Below, piece by piece: positions 46,317 through 56,901 of a DNA stretch of 64,000 nucleotides. Every line of letters begins with the position of its first letter. Position 1 is the stretch's first letter. The position numbers and the translations under genes were made by a program. A model generated the notes under the pieces. The model did no database searches. It saw nothing but the letters and a program-made list of their open reading frames with translations, and was not told where the DNA came from. The stretch is from assembly GCA_963693365.1 (NCBI GenBank), contig CAVNZM010000003.1, positions 12,511,810 through 12,575,809 on the forward strand, read 5' to 3'. The stretch is from Amoebidium appalachense. Taxonomy: Eukaryota > Protista > Ichthyosporea.

Positions 46317-48173
46317 ATGACTGATGTTATTATATCCAAATCGTTTCAAATACACCGACCTCAGCTGCACGAAAACACAACAGGATTTGGCATGCAGGGT
46401 ATAGGCAGAATTATTATTTCGCTGTCAGCAATGGGACTTGCACCCTCAATGCCAGTGCGTGTTCGGATCGTTCCATCGAAGACACCGCTGTTGTTAGGCC
46501 CTGTAGGGGAAGATGTTGCAGTGTTTTCTCTTGCAAACACCAACGGCCTTGCCACGGTTTCAACCCCCGAAGATGTCACTCTAGTGGAAACGTTGCACCC
46601 TTTTGTTGTGTTTGAGGTAGACACCTCGTTGAGTCTATTGCAACTGCAGGAAGAGTTGAAAGCAGGTTTCCGTGCATGCACAGCGGTGTACCTCCGAAGC
46701 TATGACAAGCTGGCCGTGTACAACCCTGAAGGGCGCTGTTGCCTTGCAACTAGGACGGTGATGCAGGCCACAGCAGCAGAGATTGCGGCAAAAATGTCCG
46801 AACTGGACCAAAAAACGAGCGAGAGCTTTGCCGATATGTTTTTTGCAACCTCCACTTTGGCGGATGTCCAATACGCGATAGAGAATAACAGTGATTTTCA
46901 GGATAGTAGGTTCTGGAACTGGTGGGGTTTACTTCCTGAGGATGCTATTAGAAGGATCGTAGAGACACACCCCAGTGAGGGGTACACGGGGGACGGCAAA
47001 CTGCGGCATTACCCGCCGTGCACTGCGTGGTTGCGAGGGTCTGCAGGAGTTGTCAAGTTAGACAGCTCTGCGTATACGTTAGAGTCGTTTAACACGTGTT
47101 TGCTGCTGCGATTGATGGACCATTATGCCCACCGGAGGGACCACGACGACGACGGCTACGACGATGTCCATGCGAATATAATACTAGATATGGCCACCCA
47201 AAAGGCCAATATTTTGGCACAAGCTGCCTCAAACCCGCCAGTTACAACTGCACCCCGTACCCAAGCCCACCTGTACGACTACGCAAACATCATTAGACAC
47301 AAGCTGGAATGGGACAAAAAGCTTTCGAATTTAGTAAGCAGGGTCCAGGCGGATTACAGCGAGGGTGGGCCTGCCGAGCGCAAAAACATATTCGGGCGGT
47401 GCACGGGGTGGTTTGCTTACGAGATTCAGGAAGGGCAGGAAGAAGGCGAGTTTGTTCCCCTGGGCCAGATCGATACCGACATCGAAACCGTCGAAATTTT
47501 CACATACATGCGGCGTCTGCAAGTGGGCGTGTCGTGGCAGATGCTTGTGGACGTCATGAACAAACGACACGTCATTGTGCTTCCCTTCGATTGGGGAGAC
47601 TTAATTGACACAATCAGGAAATATGTTGAGCGCGAAGAGTTCCAAAAAGCCCAAGTGGAGGGGCAAGGTAGAGATTTGCCATTCGTTGTTGACGGGTTGT
47701 ATGCTTACGACACCGAAACCCGGCAAGCGGCCGTCATCTACCCCCCGAGTGGATTTGACCAAAATTTAATCATGCTCAACGATGCCGACACCGTCTGCCC
47801 CTGGCAGGCAGACATCGAGTATTATTGGGTACAAACCCCCACGGATCATTTGGAACAACAGCGCGGCAGCTATATCGGTATTAACAAAACCACGGGCCAG
47901 CCTGACACGTCTCCCAGCGCGGATGCCCTGTGGAGTGCTGTTCCTATCGCCCAGGTTTTGGATGGTCCGGATTGGTACCCTCAACTGCCGTGTCAGACAG
48001 CCCTCGAGGATGCCATCAGGAATCACCATGTGCAAGTAGTTGGTGATCCATACGACCACTGGCTGTGTTATGAAGCAGCAACCAACACATGGGATGAACT
48101 TTGGCCTGACTGTGATCGGTATCACCATATTACCAGCAGGCCAGGCGACTTCGTGCTCTTTTACGATCAATAA
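46317..48173 (+). CDS. Large intronless hypothetical protein (up to 618 aa; true start may be a downstream ATG)
   Basis: Long, non-repetitive ORF; CCAAT boxes upstream; the stop overlaps AATAAA. No recognised motif. Confidence 0.75.
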   Translation: MTDVIISKSFQIHRPQLHENTTGFGMQGIGRIIISLSAMGLAPSMPVRVRIVPSKTPLLLGPVGEDVAVFSLANTNGLATVSTPEDVTLVETLHPFVVFEVDTSLSLLQLQEELKAGFRACTAVYLRSYDKLAVYNPEGRCCLATRTVMQATAAEIAAKMSELDQKTSESFADMFFATSTLADVQYAIENNSDFQDSRFWNWWGLLPEDAIRRIVETHPSEGYTGDGKLRHYPPCTAWLRGSAGVVKLDSSAYTLESFNTCLLLRLMDHYAHRRDHDDDGYDDVHANIILDMATQKANILAQAASNPPVTTAPRTQAHLYDYANIIRHKLEWDKKLSNLVSRVQADYSEGGPAERKNIFGRCTGWFAYEIQEGQEEGEFVPLGQIDTDIETVEIFTYMRRLQVGVSWQMLVDVMNKRHVIVLPFDWGDLIDTIRKYVEREEFQKAQVEGQGRDLPFVVDGLYAYDTETRQAAVIYPPSGFDQNLIMLNDADTVCPWQADIEYYWVQTPTDHLEQQRGSYIGINKTTGQPDTSPSADALWSAVPIAQVLDGPDWYPQLPCQTALEDAIRNHHVQVVGDPYDHWLCYEAATNTWDELWPDCDRYHHITSRPGDFVLFYDQ

Positions 48174-48274
48174 AATTCAACTTATTTTATTAAGTGAAAC
48201 TCAGTGCATTCTCACGAAGGGGGTGGGGTGGGGGGATGCAAAGTGTGCATGTGTGTTCCCGAATGCCTTTGTGT

Positions 48275-49345
<1,071 letters not shown>

Positions 49346-49528
49346 CTTTGTTTTGTTTTTTGGGGAGGGGGGCTTCCCACCCTCTTGCCCGTGGCTTCTC
49401 TATTTATTTTTCATCTTTTACGTCTTTGCCTGCACCCGGTCAAGGTGTACCCCGTGCGCTTCCTGGAGAAGCACGTGCTGGGGTGGTAGCCAGCCGGTCA
49501 TCCCCAACAATTGGGACTCCTGTCAATA

Positions 49529-49645
49529 AACGGTTTCGACCAATCAGATTGAACCGGTTTCGTGCAATCAGATTTAATGTTTCGACCAATCAGATTGAAC
49601 CGGTTTCGTACAATCAGATTTAATGTTTCGACCAATCAGATTGAA
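49529..49645. repeat. CCAAT-box-rich short tandem repeat
   Basis: Five GTTTCG-(AC/TG/TA)-CAATCAGATT units. Confidence 0.8.
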
Positions 49646-49754
49646 TAGCGGGTGAATACGATTCAAGCATTATTCAAAGGTGGTCTCCGTGATTCGACCA
49701 ATATTGAAATGGATGCTCCGTGGATCGAACGATATTGACTGAGGGTTCGTGTTG

Positions 49755-49994
49755 GTTGACCGGATATTGGCAGGGGTTCGCGCGATGTTCGTTTTGGGTT
49801 CACTAGATTTGCGCCAAACACGAGTTCGGGTTGACCGGATATTGGCAGGGGTTCGCGCGATGTTCGTTTTGGGTTCACTAGATTTGCGCCAAACACGAGT
49901 TCGGGTTGACCGGATATTGGCAGGGGTTCGCGCGATGTTCGTTTTGGGTTCACTAGATTTGCGCCAAACACGAGTTCGGGTTGACCGGATATTG
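49755..49994. repeat. 75-bp tandem repeat x3
   Basis: GTTGACCGGATATTG at 49755, 49830, 49905, 49980. Confidence 0.95.
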
Positions 49995-50170
49995 ACCGAG
50001 GGTTCGTGTTTGGTTGACCGTTTATTGGCCAACTCTGCGCTGCTTTGACCGTTTATTGGCCAACGTGAACTCTGCGCTAGCTTCGTTGAATATTCACTAC
50101 TTCGCGCTAGCTTTGACCGTTCATTGGCCAACTCTGCGCTGCTTTGACTTTTTGCCCATAGCTTCTTTAT

Positions 50171-50527
50171 TTATTTTTCGTCTTTTACGTCTTTGCTCGC
50201 GTCGTCCCCCCAAATCAACTGCAACGTGTCCTCTTCGGTTGTAAGCGTGATGTTCAGCGACGTGATGGTTTGCACGGCAATCCTGTACACGTCTGCCGGC
50301 GCATAGTCGAACAGGTGGATCCGCGGTTGGCGGTCGGGGTAGTAGTGGCTGTATGCGAGCACGTTTCCGATCGCCTCTATCCAGTCGCCCACACGCCGCA
50401 CCTCGATGACGTGTGTGCTCGTCAGCACGTCGATCCGCCCGGCCCGCGTGGGCACCCCGCACACCCCGTCCTCGGCCTTGGCCAGCCTCTCGCGCACGAA
50501 CGCCTCGTCGTAGCCTACCGCGGACAT
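50171..50527 (-). CDS. Stand-alone PD-(D/E)xK nuclease-like protein (paralogue 1, ExK changed to EVR)
   Basis: TRAGRIDVLTSTHVIEVRRVGDWIEAIGNVLAY..YPDRQPRIHLF. Confidence 0.8.
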   Translation of the reverse strand: MSAVGYDEAFVRERLAKAEDGVCGVPTRAGRIDVLTSTHVIEVRRVGDWIEAIGNVLAYSHYYPDRQPRIHLFDYAPADVYRIAVQTITSLNITLTTEEDTLQLIWGDDASKDVKDEK

Positions 50528-50729
50528 CCTATAACAGTGTACGAATAAAAAATACACCACACACAGACACCCGGTATCCCTAAAAATAGCCCCCCACACC
50601 AGGCTTTGACTGTTTCGCCAGCCAGCGCATTGTACGCGCGCGGAGCTTCCCCCATTTTTTACCGTTCATGGGTTTGATGGATTCCAGACGCACACGCGCC
50701 CGGGCGTGCGCGTGCTGCATGTGGTCGCC

Positions 50730-51386
50730 CTATTCGTCGGCCTGGCCGCTGTTCTCAAAGTTCAGGACCTTGTCTCTGTCGAATCGATACCCCATAGTTG
50801 TTTCCGATGTGGTATTCCCTATTTTCACCATAGGGTTAGGGTTTAGGGTCGAACCCAACCTTTTGGATCCCACCCGAATTTCCGTACCCGTTCCCCTTGT
50901 GCTCGCCCAGGTGCGCATCAGTTCCAGCATCCCGCCAGTCGTCACCCACATCCCCCCTTCCGCCAGTTGTGATGCTGCAACACCGTATCCGTTGGCCACG
51001 TCCTTCAAGAACTGTACCTCCACCGAAACAGAACCAGCCTGTGGCCTGGAGGGCGTAGCAGTTGGTCGGTTTCCCCACACAAGCTGCATCGTGTCAGGTT
51101 CCACCGTCACACATATATTAAAGTCTGACATTGTTTCGATGGCCACCTTGAACACGTCTGCTGACGCATAGCCGAACAGATGGACCCGTGGTCGGTGGCT
51201 CGGGTAGTACTTCATGTACGCCTGCACCTGTCCCATTGCGGCTTGCCACTGCGGTGCGCGCTTGACCTCGATGATGTCCGTGTCTGTGAGCAGGTCGATG
51301 CGGCCCGCGGGGGTCACCACTTCGCGTTTCCCACCTTCAATCCGTGCCAATTTGTCGCTGACAAACGCCTCGTTGTAGGTGGCCAT
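50730..51386 (-). CDS. PD-(D/E)xK nuclease fused to a helicase-C-terminus-like domain (paralogue 2)
   Basis: REVVTPAGRIDLLTDTDIIEVKRAPQWQAAMGQVQAY..HLF, then VQFLKDVANG..WVTTGGMLELMRTWA..VGSKRLGSTL. Confidence 0.85.
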   Translation of the reverse strand: MATYNEAFVSDKLARIEGGKREVVTPAGRIDLLTDTDIIEVKRAPQWQAAMGQVQAYMKYYPSHRPRVHLFGYASADVFKVAIETMSDFNICVTVEPDTMQLVWGNRPTATPSRPQAGSVSVEVQFLKDVANGYGVAASQLAEGGMWVTTGGMLELMRTWASTRGTGTEIRVGSKRLGSTLNPNPMVKIGNTTSETTMGYRFDRDKVLNFENSGQADE

Positions 51387-51478
51387 CACTGTAGGTCACA
51401 AAAAAATCAGTGGCCGACGAAGAAGACCAGGGGTTATATAAAGCGTTATCATGTTTCTTTTCTTGCCACTTAGCAGTA

Positions 51479-51934
51479 ATGGACCTCCAATACACGCCAA
51501 CCATAGAGACACCCCCTAACCCGAAGCGCCACGCTTGCACACTGTGTTCAGCAATGTTCACATTCAAGGCAAATCTAAAAAGACACGAAAATACCCACAA
51601 GAATAATAGCACCGGCGCATATGCCTGTCCACAACCCGGCTGCTTTGCAAGCTTTGCCCGCAGCGACCACATGAAACTGCACCAGCGCACACACTCTGGC
51701 AGCCGACCCTATCAATGCCCAGACTGTCCAGCCACTTACGTCTATCCTGCGGGTTTGTGGGTTCACCGACGAACAGCTCATGAAGGGTGTCAGCTGCCGA
51801 GACGGCCCCGGCGCGCAAGCGGGCGTTTTACATGCCCCTTCGACCAGTGCCAGGCTGCATTTGCCTGGTCTACAACCCTGAACAGGCACGTCGAGACTGA
51901 ACACCCCAGTCTTGTGCCCAGCCCGAAGGTATAA
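51479..51934 (+). CDS. C2H2 zinc-finger protein (4 fingers), intronless
   Basis: CTLC..HENTH; CPQPGC..HQRTH-SGSRPY linker; CPDC..HRRTAH; CPFDQC..HVETEH. Divergent from paralogue 2 across a shared TTATATAAA. Confidence 0.92.
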   Translation: MDLQYTPTIETPPNPKRHACTLCSAMFTFKANLKRHENTHKNNSTGAYACPQPGCFASFARSDHMKLHQRTHSGSRPYQCPDCPATYVYPAGLWVHRRTAHEGCQLPRRPRRASGRFTCPFDQCQAAFAWSTTLNRHVETEHPSLVPSPKV

Positions 51935-51989
51935 AAGCGCTTGCCAGACCTCAGACCGTCAAATATTATCTATCCCCTTCACTACCACA

Positions 51990-54047
51990 ATGGATGTCAT
52001 TCGCTCAAACATGAACACTGCCCGGTGCGACGGCAAGGATACGGAGAAGACCGAATACGAGGTTTACTGCGAGGGTGCAGATCAACCCAAGCAGGCAAAC
52101 CAAGGGCTCTCGCGCCGCAGTGCCTGTCCTGACTGGTACCTCGCAGTCTTTGCACCACAGGGGTCCCGGGAAGTTACGGTGGACAATGAGCCCTTCGATC
52201 ACAACGACCTCCACAATTCCCTCAAGCGACAGTTTGGACTGGTTTATGCCGAAATAACCACCCGTCAGTCCAAGCGCCACAAGACCGCACACTACGAGTG
52301 CAACACCCGCCACCCAGCTCCCGGGCCTAACAGAGCTGCGCTCAAGTCATGGGCCAAGGAGAAATTTCCTTTGGCCAACAGGGTAGTAATGAACCCGATT
52401 CTCGACTGGACGACCGCGACGCGTTGGACCCAGGGGCCCCATACGACCACATTCGGCACAGCACCTAGTACAGCAGCCGCCCCCGCCGTGGTTGCAAACA
52501 AGGACCGGAAGCGGCAGACTCTCATCGAGGAGGTGATCCGCGTTCTTGAGCAAGAGTCGACCGACCCTCCGGGTGGATACGAGTTCATGCCGGACCTGCT
52601 ACCAACCACCTGGAAGGAAGCTGAGCTCGTCGAGTACCTGCAGAAGTGGGTGGGAAAAATCAACGGCACATCCCTCTACCTCTTGAAGGTGTGGTGCCAT
52701 GACAAGGGCGTGTACACACTCAAGACGTTGACCGAGAAGGACATGAAATGCACCATGCAGGGTTTCGTGGTTGAGTGGATGGAGGGTGAGGGTGGTGAAA
52801 TCAAGCGGACGTACACCGGCATTGATTTCCTTATGGGACGCCACGTTCCTCGTTATGGGCAAGCAGTCTTCGACCCCGCGTCGCCCAATCCCAAGACAGG
52901 AGAGATAAACCCCAAGTACCGCCAAGGAGCCCTGTTCACATATAACTTCTTTCGCGGCTTCCCCATCAAGTACACTGAGGGATTCCGTTACATGGGCCCA
53001 GAATGCCCGATGACCCCCTACCATCCTGGCCAGAAGGTTGTGGTCATGCCGGATGAGCTCCTCGAGAAGTACCGTGTACGGGAATATGGCGGGATCGAGA
53101 TGTTCATACGCCACGCATTCGAGGTGCTTGCCGATGGAAACGCCGAGGTATTTGAATACCTTCTCAAGTGGGTTGCCCAGATTTTCCAGCACCCCGACAC
53201 CAAGTCTGGGACGGCGGTACTCGTCAAGTCAGTCCAGGGAACCGGGAAAAATGTGTTCTTCGACGTACTCAAGGCGCTGGTAGGCTCGGAATACTACGCT
53301 TACGTGAAGAACAAGGAACACATATCCAGCAAGTTCAACTCCCACCTCAACCACAAACTACTAGCTGTTATCGACGAGTGTGTCTTTGGTGGGTGCCACG
53401 AGGCCAACAACCTTATCAAAAGTCTGATCACACAAGAAGACAGCCTTTTGGAGAAGAAGGGTGTGGATGGCATCTACACCAAAAACTTCGAGCGCTACGT
53501 CTTTCTGTCAAACGAAGATTGGCCCGTTCGTGTGGAGCTATCCGATCGGAGATTCATATGTCTCGAGGCAAACGGCTCTCGGGTGGGTCAGCTCCGGTAC
53601 TTCGACGAGTTCGTCAGATTTCACCGGCAACCGGAGGTGCTGGAGGCTCTGTTCCACTTCTTCCTGGACCTTCCCGATGTCCCTAAGACAATGCCGCCGC
53701 CCCCCCATACTAAGCTCAAGCAACAGCTCATGGAGAAGAGTCTGCCGCTAGAAATACAATTTCTGAGGGACATCTCCCAAGGAGCTGACGGAACACAAGA
53801 CTTCGGAATCGCGGATGGGTGCTGGGTAACAGCCACTGGCATGGCTGAACGGATGCGAATGTGGGCGGACGCCAACATGCTCGACAGTCGGCGGGTGGTG
53901 GGCATCAAGAGGTTGGGATCGACGCTGACACAGGTGTTTGGAGAGGCGCTGCATGTACCGCTACGCGAATCGGTGGCAGTGGGGGCAGTGTCAAAGACAT
54001 CGCGTGCTTATCGAGTTTCGTTCTCGAAGATACTTTCGCATAAGTGA
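51990..54047 (+). CDS. SF3 helicase, D5/NrS-1 (DUF5906-like) type, 685 aa, no recognisable AEP primase domain
   Basis: YNFFRGF; YLLKWVAQIFQHPDTKSGTAVLVKSVQGTGKN (Walker A); KFN..LAVIDE (Walker B); IKSLIT..EKKG; FLSN (motif C); DRRF (Arg finger). Confidence 0.9.
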   Translation: MDVIRSNMNTARCDGKDTEKTEYEVYCEGADQPKQANQGLSRRSACPDWYLAVFAPQGSREVTVDNEPFDHNDLHNSLKRQFGLVYAEITTRQSKRHKTAHYECNTRHPAPGPNRAALKSWAKEKFPLANRVVMNPILDWTTATRWTQGPHTTTFGTAPSTAAAPAVVANKDRKRQTLIEEVIRVLEQESTDPPGGYEFMPDLLPTTWKEAELVEYLQKWVGKINGTSLYLLKVWCHDKGVYTLKTLTEKDMKCTMQGFVVEWMEGEGGEIKRTYTGIDFLMGRHVPRYGQAVFDPASPNPKTGEINPKYRQGALFTYNFFRGFPIKYTEGFRYMGPECPMTPYHPGQKVVVMPDELLEKYRVREYGGIEMFIRHAFEVLADGNAEVFEYLLKWVAQIFQHPDTKSGTAVLVKSVQGTGKNVFFDVLKALVGSEYYAYVKNKEHISSKFNSHLNHKLLAVIDECVFGGCHEANNLIKSLITQEDSLLEKKGVDGIYTKNFERYVFLSNEDWPVRVELSDRRFICLEANGSRVGQLRYFDEFVRFHRQPEVLEALFHFFLDLPDVPKTMPPPPHTKLKQQLMEKSLPLEIQFLRDISQGADGTQDFGIADGCWVTATGMAERMRMWADANMLDSRRVVGIKRLGSTLTQVFGEALHVPLRESVAVGAVSKTSRAYRVSFSKILSHK

Positions 54048-54174
54048 TCGCCAGCTTCCTTTCAGTAACTTCGGCCACTTGGTGGTAGCTTGGGTTTTGC
54101 GCAAACGTTTTAACAAAGCCATCCGATTGGTTTCTTGGTTTAACGGGCGTATTTCATTGGTTGTTGGGGGTTTT

Positions 54175-54394
54175 GGTAACTTCGGTAGGTTGGGTAGGTT
54201 CTCGGAGGGGTCCCCCCAAACACACATCGTTGGTGTTCGTTTGTTTTTGCCCCAGCTCGACTCAACCCCAAAACAACCCACTGAACCTACCCAACCTACT
54301 ATTTATAAGTGAAATCGACGTTTGGGTCTAATTCTACTAATCGAAATCGCGATTACTGTTGGTAGGTTGGTGGTAACTTGGGTAGGTTGGTGGT
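54175..54394. promoter_or_regulatory. Iteron-like repeat cluster; candidate replication origin
   Basis: Six GTAGGTT copies; 17-bp perfect inverted repeat 54185-54201 / 54283-54299; AT-rich patch at 54300-54310; direct GGTAGGTTGGTGGT at 54361 and 54381. Confidence 0.5.
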
Positions 54395-54493
54395 GTGTCG
54401 GTGGTTTTGTTGTGATTGGTGTTATATCGGATTCATAACACCCGGACTGGCTTATAATATAAAAATGAGTCGTGTTTTTTTTGGTACCCTATT

Positions 54494-55167
54494 ATGATGG
54501 CATCGTATGATGAAGCGTCGGTCAGAGATCGGTTAGCCAGGATTGAGGGGGGAAGTGCGAAGTGGTCACGCCAGCCGGCCGAATCGACATACTCACGGAC
54601 ACGCAGGTCATCGAGGTCAAGCGTGTGGCGCAGTGGAAGGCGGCGCTTGCCAGTGGACAGGTGCAGGCGTACCAACGCTTCTACCCTGATCGACAGGCTC
54701 GTGTGCACCTGTTTGGTTACGCATCCATCGAGGTTTATAGGGTTGCCGTTGAGACCTTAGAATCTCTTGGGGTATTTGTGACGGTGGAGCCCGACACTCT
54801 GCGGCTAATTTGGGGGTGTCACGGGGACATCTGCACAACCCGGACAAAACCAACGGAGAGGGCACAGGAGTCGAACGAAATACACTTTCTAAAGGACATA
54901 GCGACAGGCGCACGCGGAACACACAGCTTTGGTATCGAGAATGGGACCTGGGTTACGACATCGGGGATGGCCGGTTGCATGCGACAATGGGCTGATATAA
55001 ATATGTTGGACGATTGCGAGGTGGGGATCAAGAGACTGGGAACGGTGCTGACACGGGTTTTGGGCGGGTCGTCGTTTGTTCCCGCAGGAGAGCGTGTCTC
55101 TATAGGGAAACCTGGCAGACACACCCGTGCCCACAAGATAGTGTATAGCAAGATCATGGCAAATTAG
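54494..55167 (+). CDS. PD-(D/E)xK nuclease fused to a helicase-C-terminus-like domain (paralogue 3); 1-nt frameshift near 54552
   Basis: MMASYDEASVRDRLARIEGG, then in another frame EVVTPAGRIDILTDTQVIEVKRVAQWKAA..HLF..EIHFLKDIATGARGTHSFGIENGTWVTTSGMAGCMRQWADINML..GIKRLGTVLT. The break lies in a G/A run. Confidence 0.82.
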
Positions 55168-55621
55168 AGTTGTCCGAGAAGAAACACACAAACGCACACA
55201 CACCCCACCCCGCGAGGCGGGCGAGGCGCGCTGGGCACGCGAGGCACACGAGGCATGCGAGGCATGTGAGGCATGCGAGGGGTGAGCACCCCTCCCCCCG
55301 GGGGCCCTGGGTGGCTGGGGGTGGCTGTGGGGGGCACACAAGGACCAATAAAGGAACCACCCGCGCGCGCGGCACCCGCGCACGCGCACACACGGGCATA
55401 CACAGCACTCAGGGCGCCCACAGACACTGTTCTGCGCGCGAGGCATGCGAGGCACGCGAGGCACCCGCGCCCCCAGCCACCCCCAGCCCCGCCCAGCCAC
55501 CCCCAGCCCCCCACGCGCCGCAACATTGTCGGGCGCCCACACAAGGTCGAAAGTGCGATGTGTGATTGTCAATGGGTAACCCGGTTGGGGCGGCACGCGA
55601 ATTTTATGTGTGCGGTATGTG

Positions 55622-55945
55622 ATGACGGACACCGAGCTTGAGTTCGCACGGAACATGGTCGTATACGAGCTGGCCGACCGGCTGGAAGGCGTCGAGGACA
55701 CGCTCACCAAGGTCGGGCGCATCGACGTGCTGACGGACCACCAGATCGTCCAGGTCGAGCAGCTGGCCGACTGGAAGACCGCCATGGCGAACGTGCTGGC
55801 GAACCACCACTTCCACCCCGACAAGGAGATGCGCGTGCACCTGTTCAACCACGGCCCGCCCGTGCCTGCCGAAACCATCGCGCACGCCATGAGGATCATG
55901 GACAAGCACGAGATCATGGTGACGTGCGAGGAGGACATCCTGTAA
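55622..55945 (+). CDS. Degenerate PD-(D/E)xK-like protein (paralogue 4, ExK changed to QVE)
   Basis: TKVGRIDVLTDHQIVQVEQLADWKTAMANVLAN..HPDKEMRVHLF. Confidence 0.78.
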   Translation: MTDTELEFARNMVVYELADRLEGVEDTLTKVGRIDVLTDHQIVQVEQLADWKTAMANVLANHHFHPDKEMRVHLFNHGPPVPAETIAHAMRIMDKHEIMVTCEEDIL

Positions 55946-56189
55946 GGGCTGTTTCCAGTTGGGCCTCACAGTGCCCCCCCACCCGTGCACACGGCACCCG
56001 CCGCTGCGCCAGAGGCTCGGAAGTCCGGGCGTTGATGGCGTGACACCTCCCCCCGGGGGCGGGTGGCTGGGGGTGGCTGTGGGGGGCTGTGGGGGCACAC
56101 GAGGAACAATAAAGGAAGCACGAACACACCCCGCGCGAGGCACGCAGGCACGCGAGGCGTGCGAGCCCCCCCCCAGCCCCCCCAGCCCC

Positions 56190-56366
56190 GTGTGTGAAGG
56201 AGTAGAATATGCCAGTCTTATTGATTATACGATGTTGGTGCGTGATCTGGATAGACATGCGGCGAGTGATTACGTGAGACGTAACTTTGATGACGAAGTA
56301 GAAACCAAAAGCCTGAACATGAGGCTTTTGAGATTTGGCGATTCCCCAAGACATTTCAATGGATAA
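56190..56366 (+). pseudogene. Fragment paralogous to the N-terminus of the 56902-60803 gene
   Basis: YASLIDYTMLVRDLDRHAASDYVRRNF versus MASLVDYTMLVRGLDRDAAGRYLRRIF. Confidence 0.7.
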
Positions 56367-56454
56367 GCACCAACCTGCCCTCAGCACCACTGAGGGTGCC
56401 ATGCGCAGGTATAAAAGGAGCACACACGGCCACCTGGGGTCAGTCTGACTCAGC

Positions 56455-56830
56455 ATGGCTGGCGAGCAGAACAAAAAAGGCGACATGTCGTTTCTTTGGA
56501 AGGAGTTCCCTCAGTTCAAGGGCACCACTGTGCGAATTGACAACAAAACCAAGAATGCAAGTGTTTTGGATGTCGTCGCTCTTGTGCTCGGAAACCGTGA
56601 AGCAGCCCGCATGGCATGGAAATCTCTCAGAGACAGCTCTGATCCATCCGTAAGTGAAACCGTAAGCGCGGCTTACGGTCTGAAAATCAACGGCAAGGGT
56701 CTGGAGACAGATGTTGCCCCCTTCCGCACCCTCCTCGAGATCATCTACCTGCTCCCTGGCAAGCGCGCGCACCATGTTCGCATGAGCAGTATCAATTTTA
56801 TCAAGCGCCTGATGTCCAACGAAGTAAATT
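56455..56830 (+). pseudogene. Truncated paralogue of the 60915-61832 Bro/KilA-like gene (reads in frame into the next gene)
   Basis: DMSFLWKEFPQFK..VAPFRTLLEIIYLLPGKRAH is shared with 60915-61832; the ~110-bp upstream region is also duplicated. Confidence 0.7.
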
Positions 56831-56901
56831 CCAGTCCTGGAAGTCAGACAGAGGGTATAAAAGGACCCAACACACATCACAATACCTCAATCTCGCAAAG
56901 C

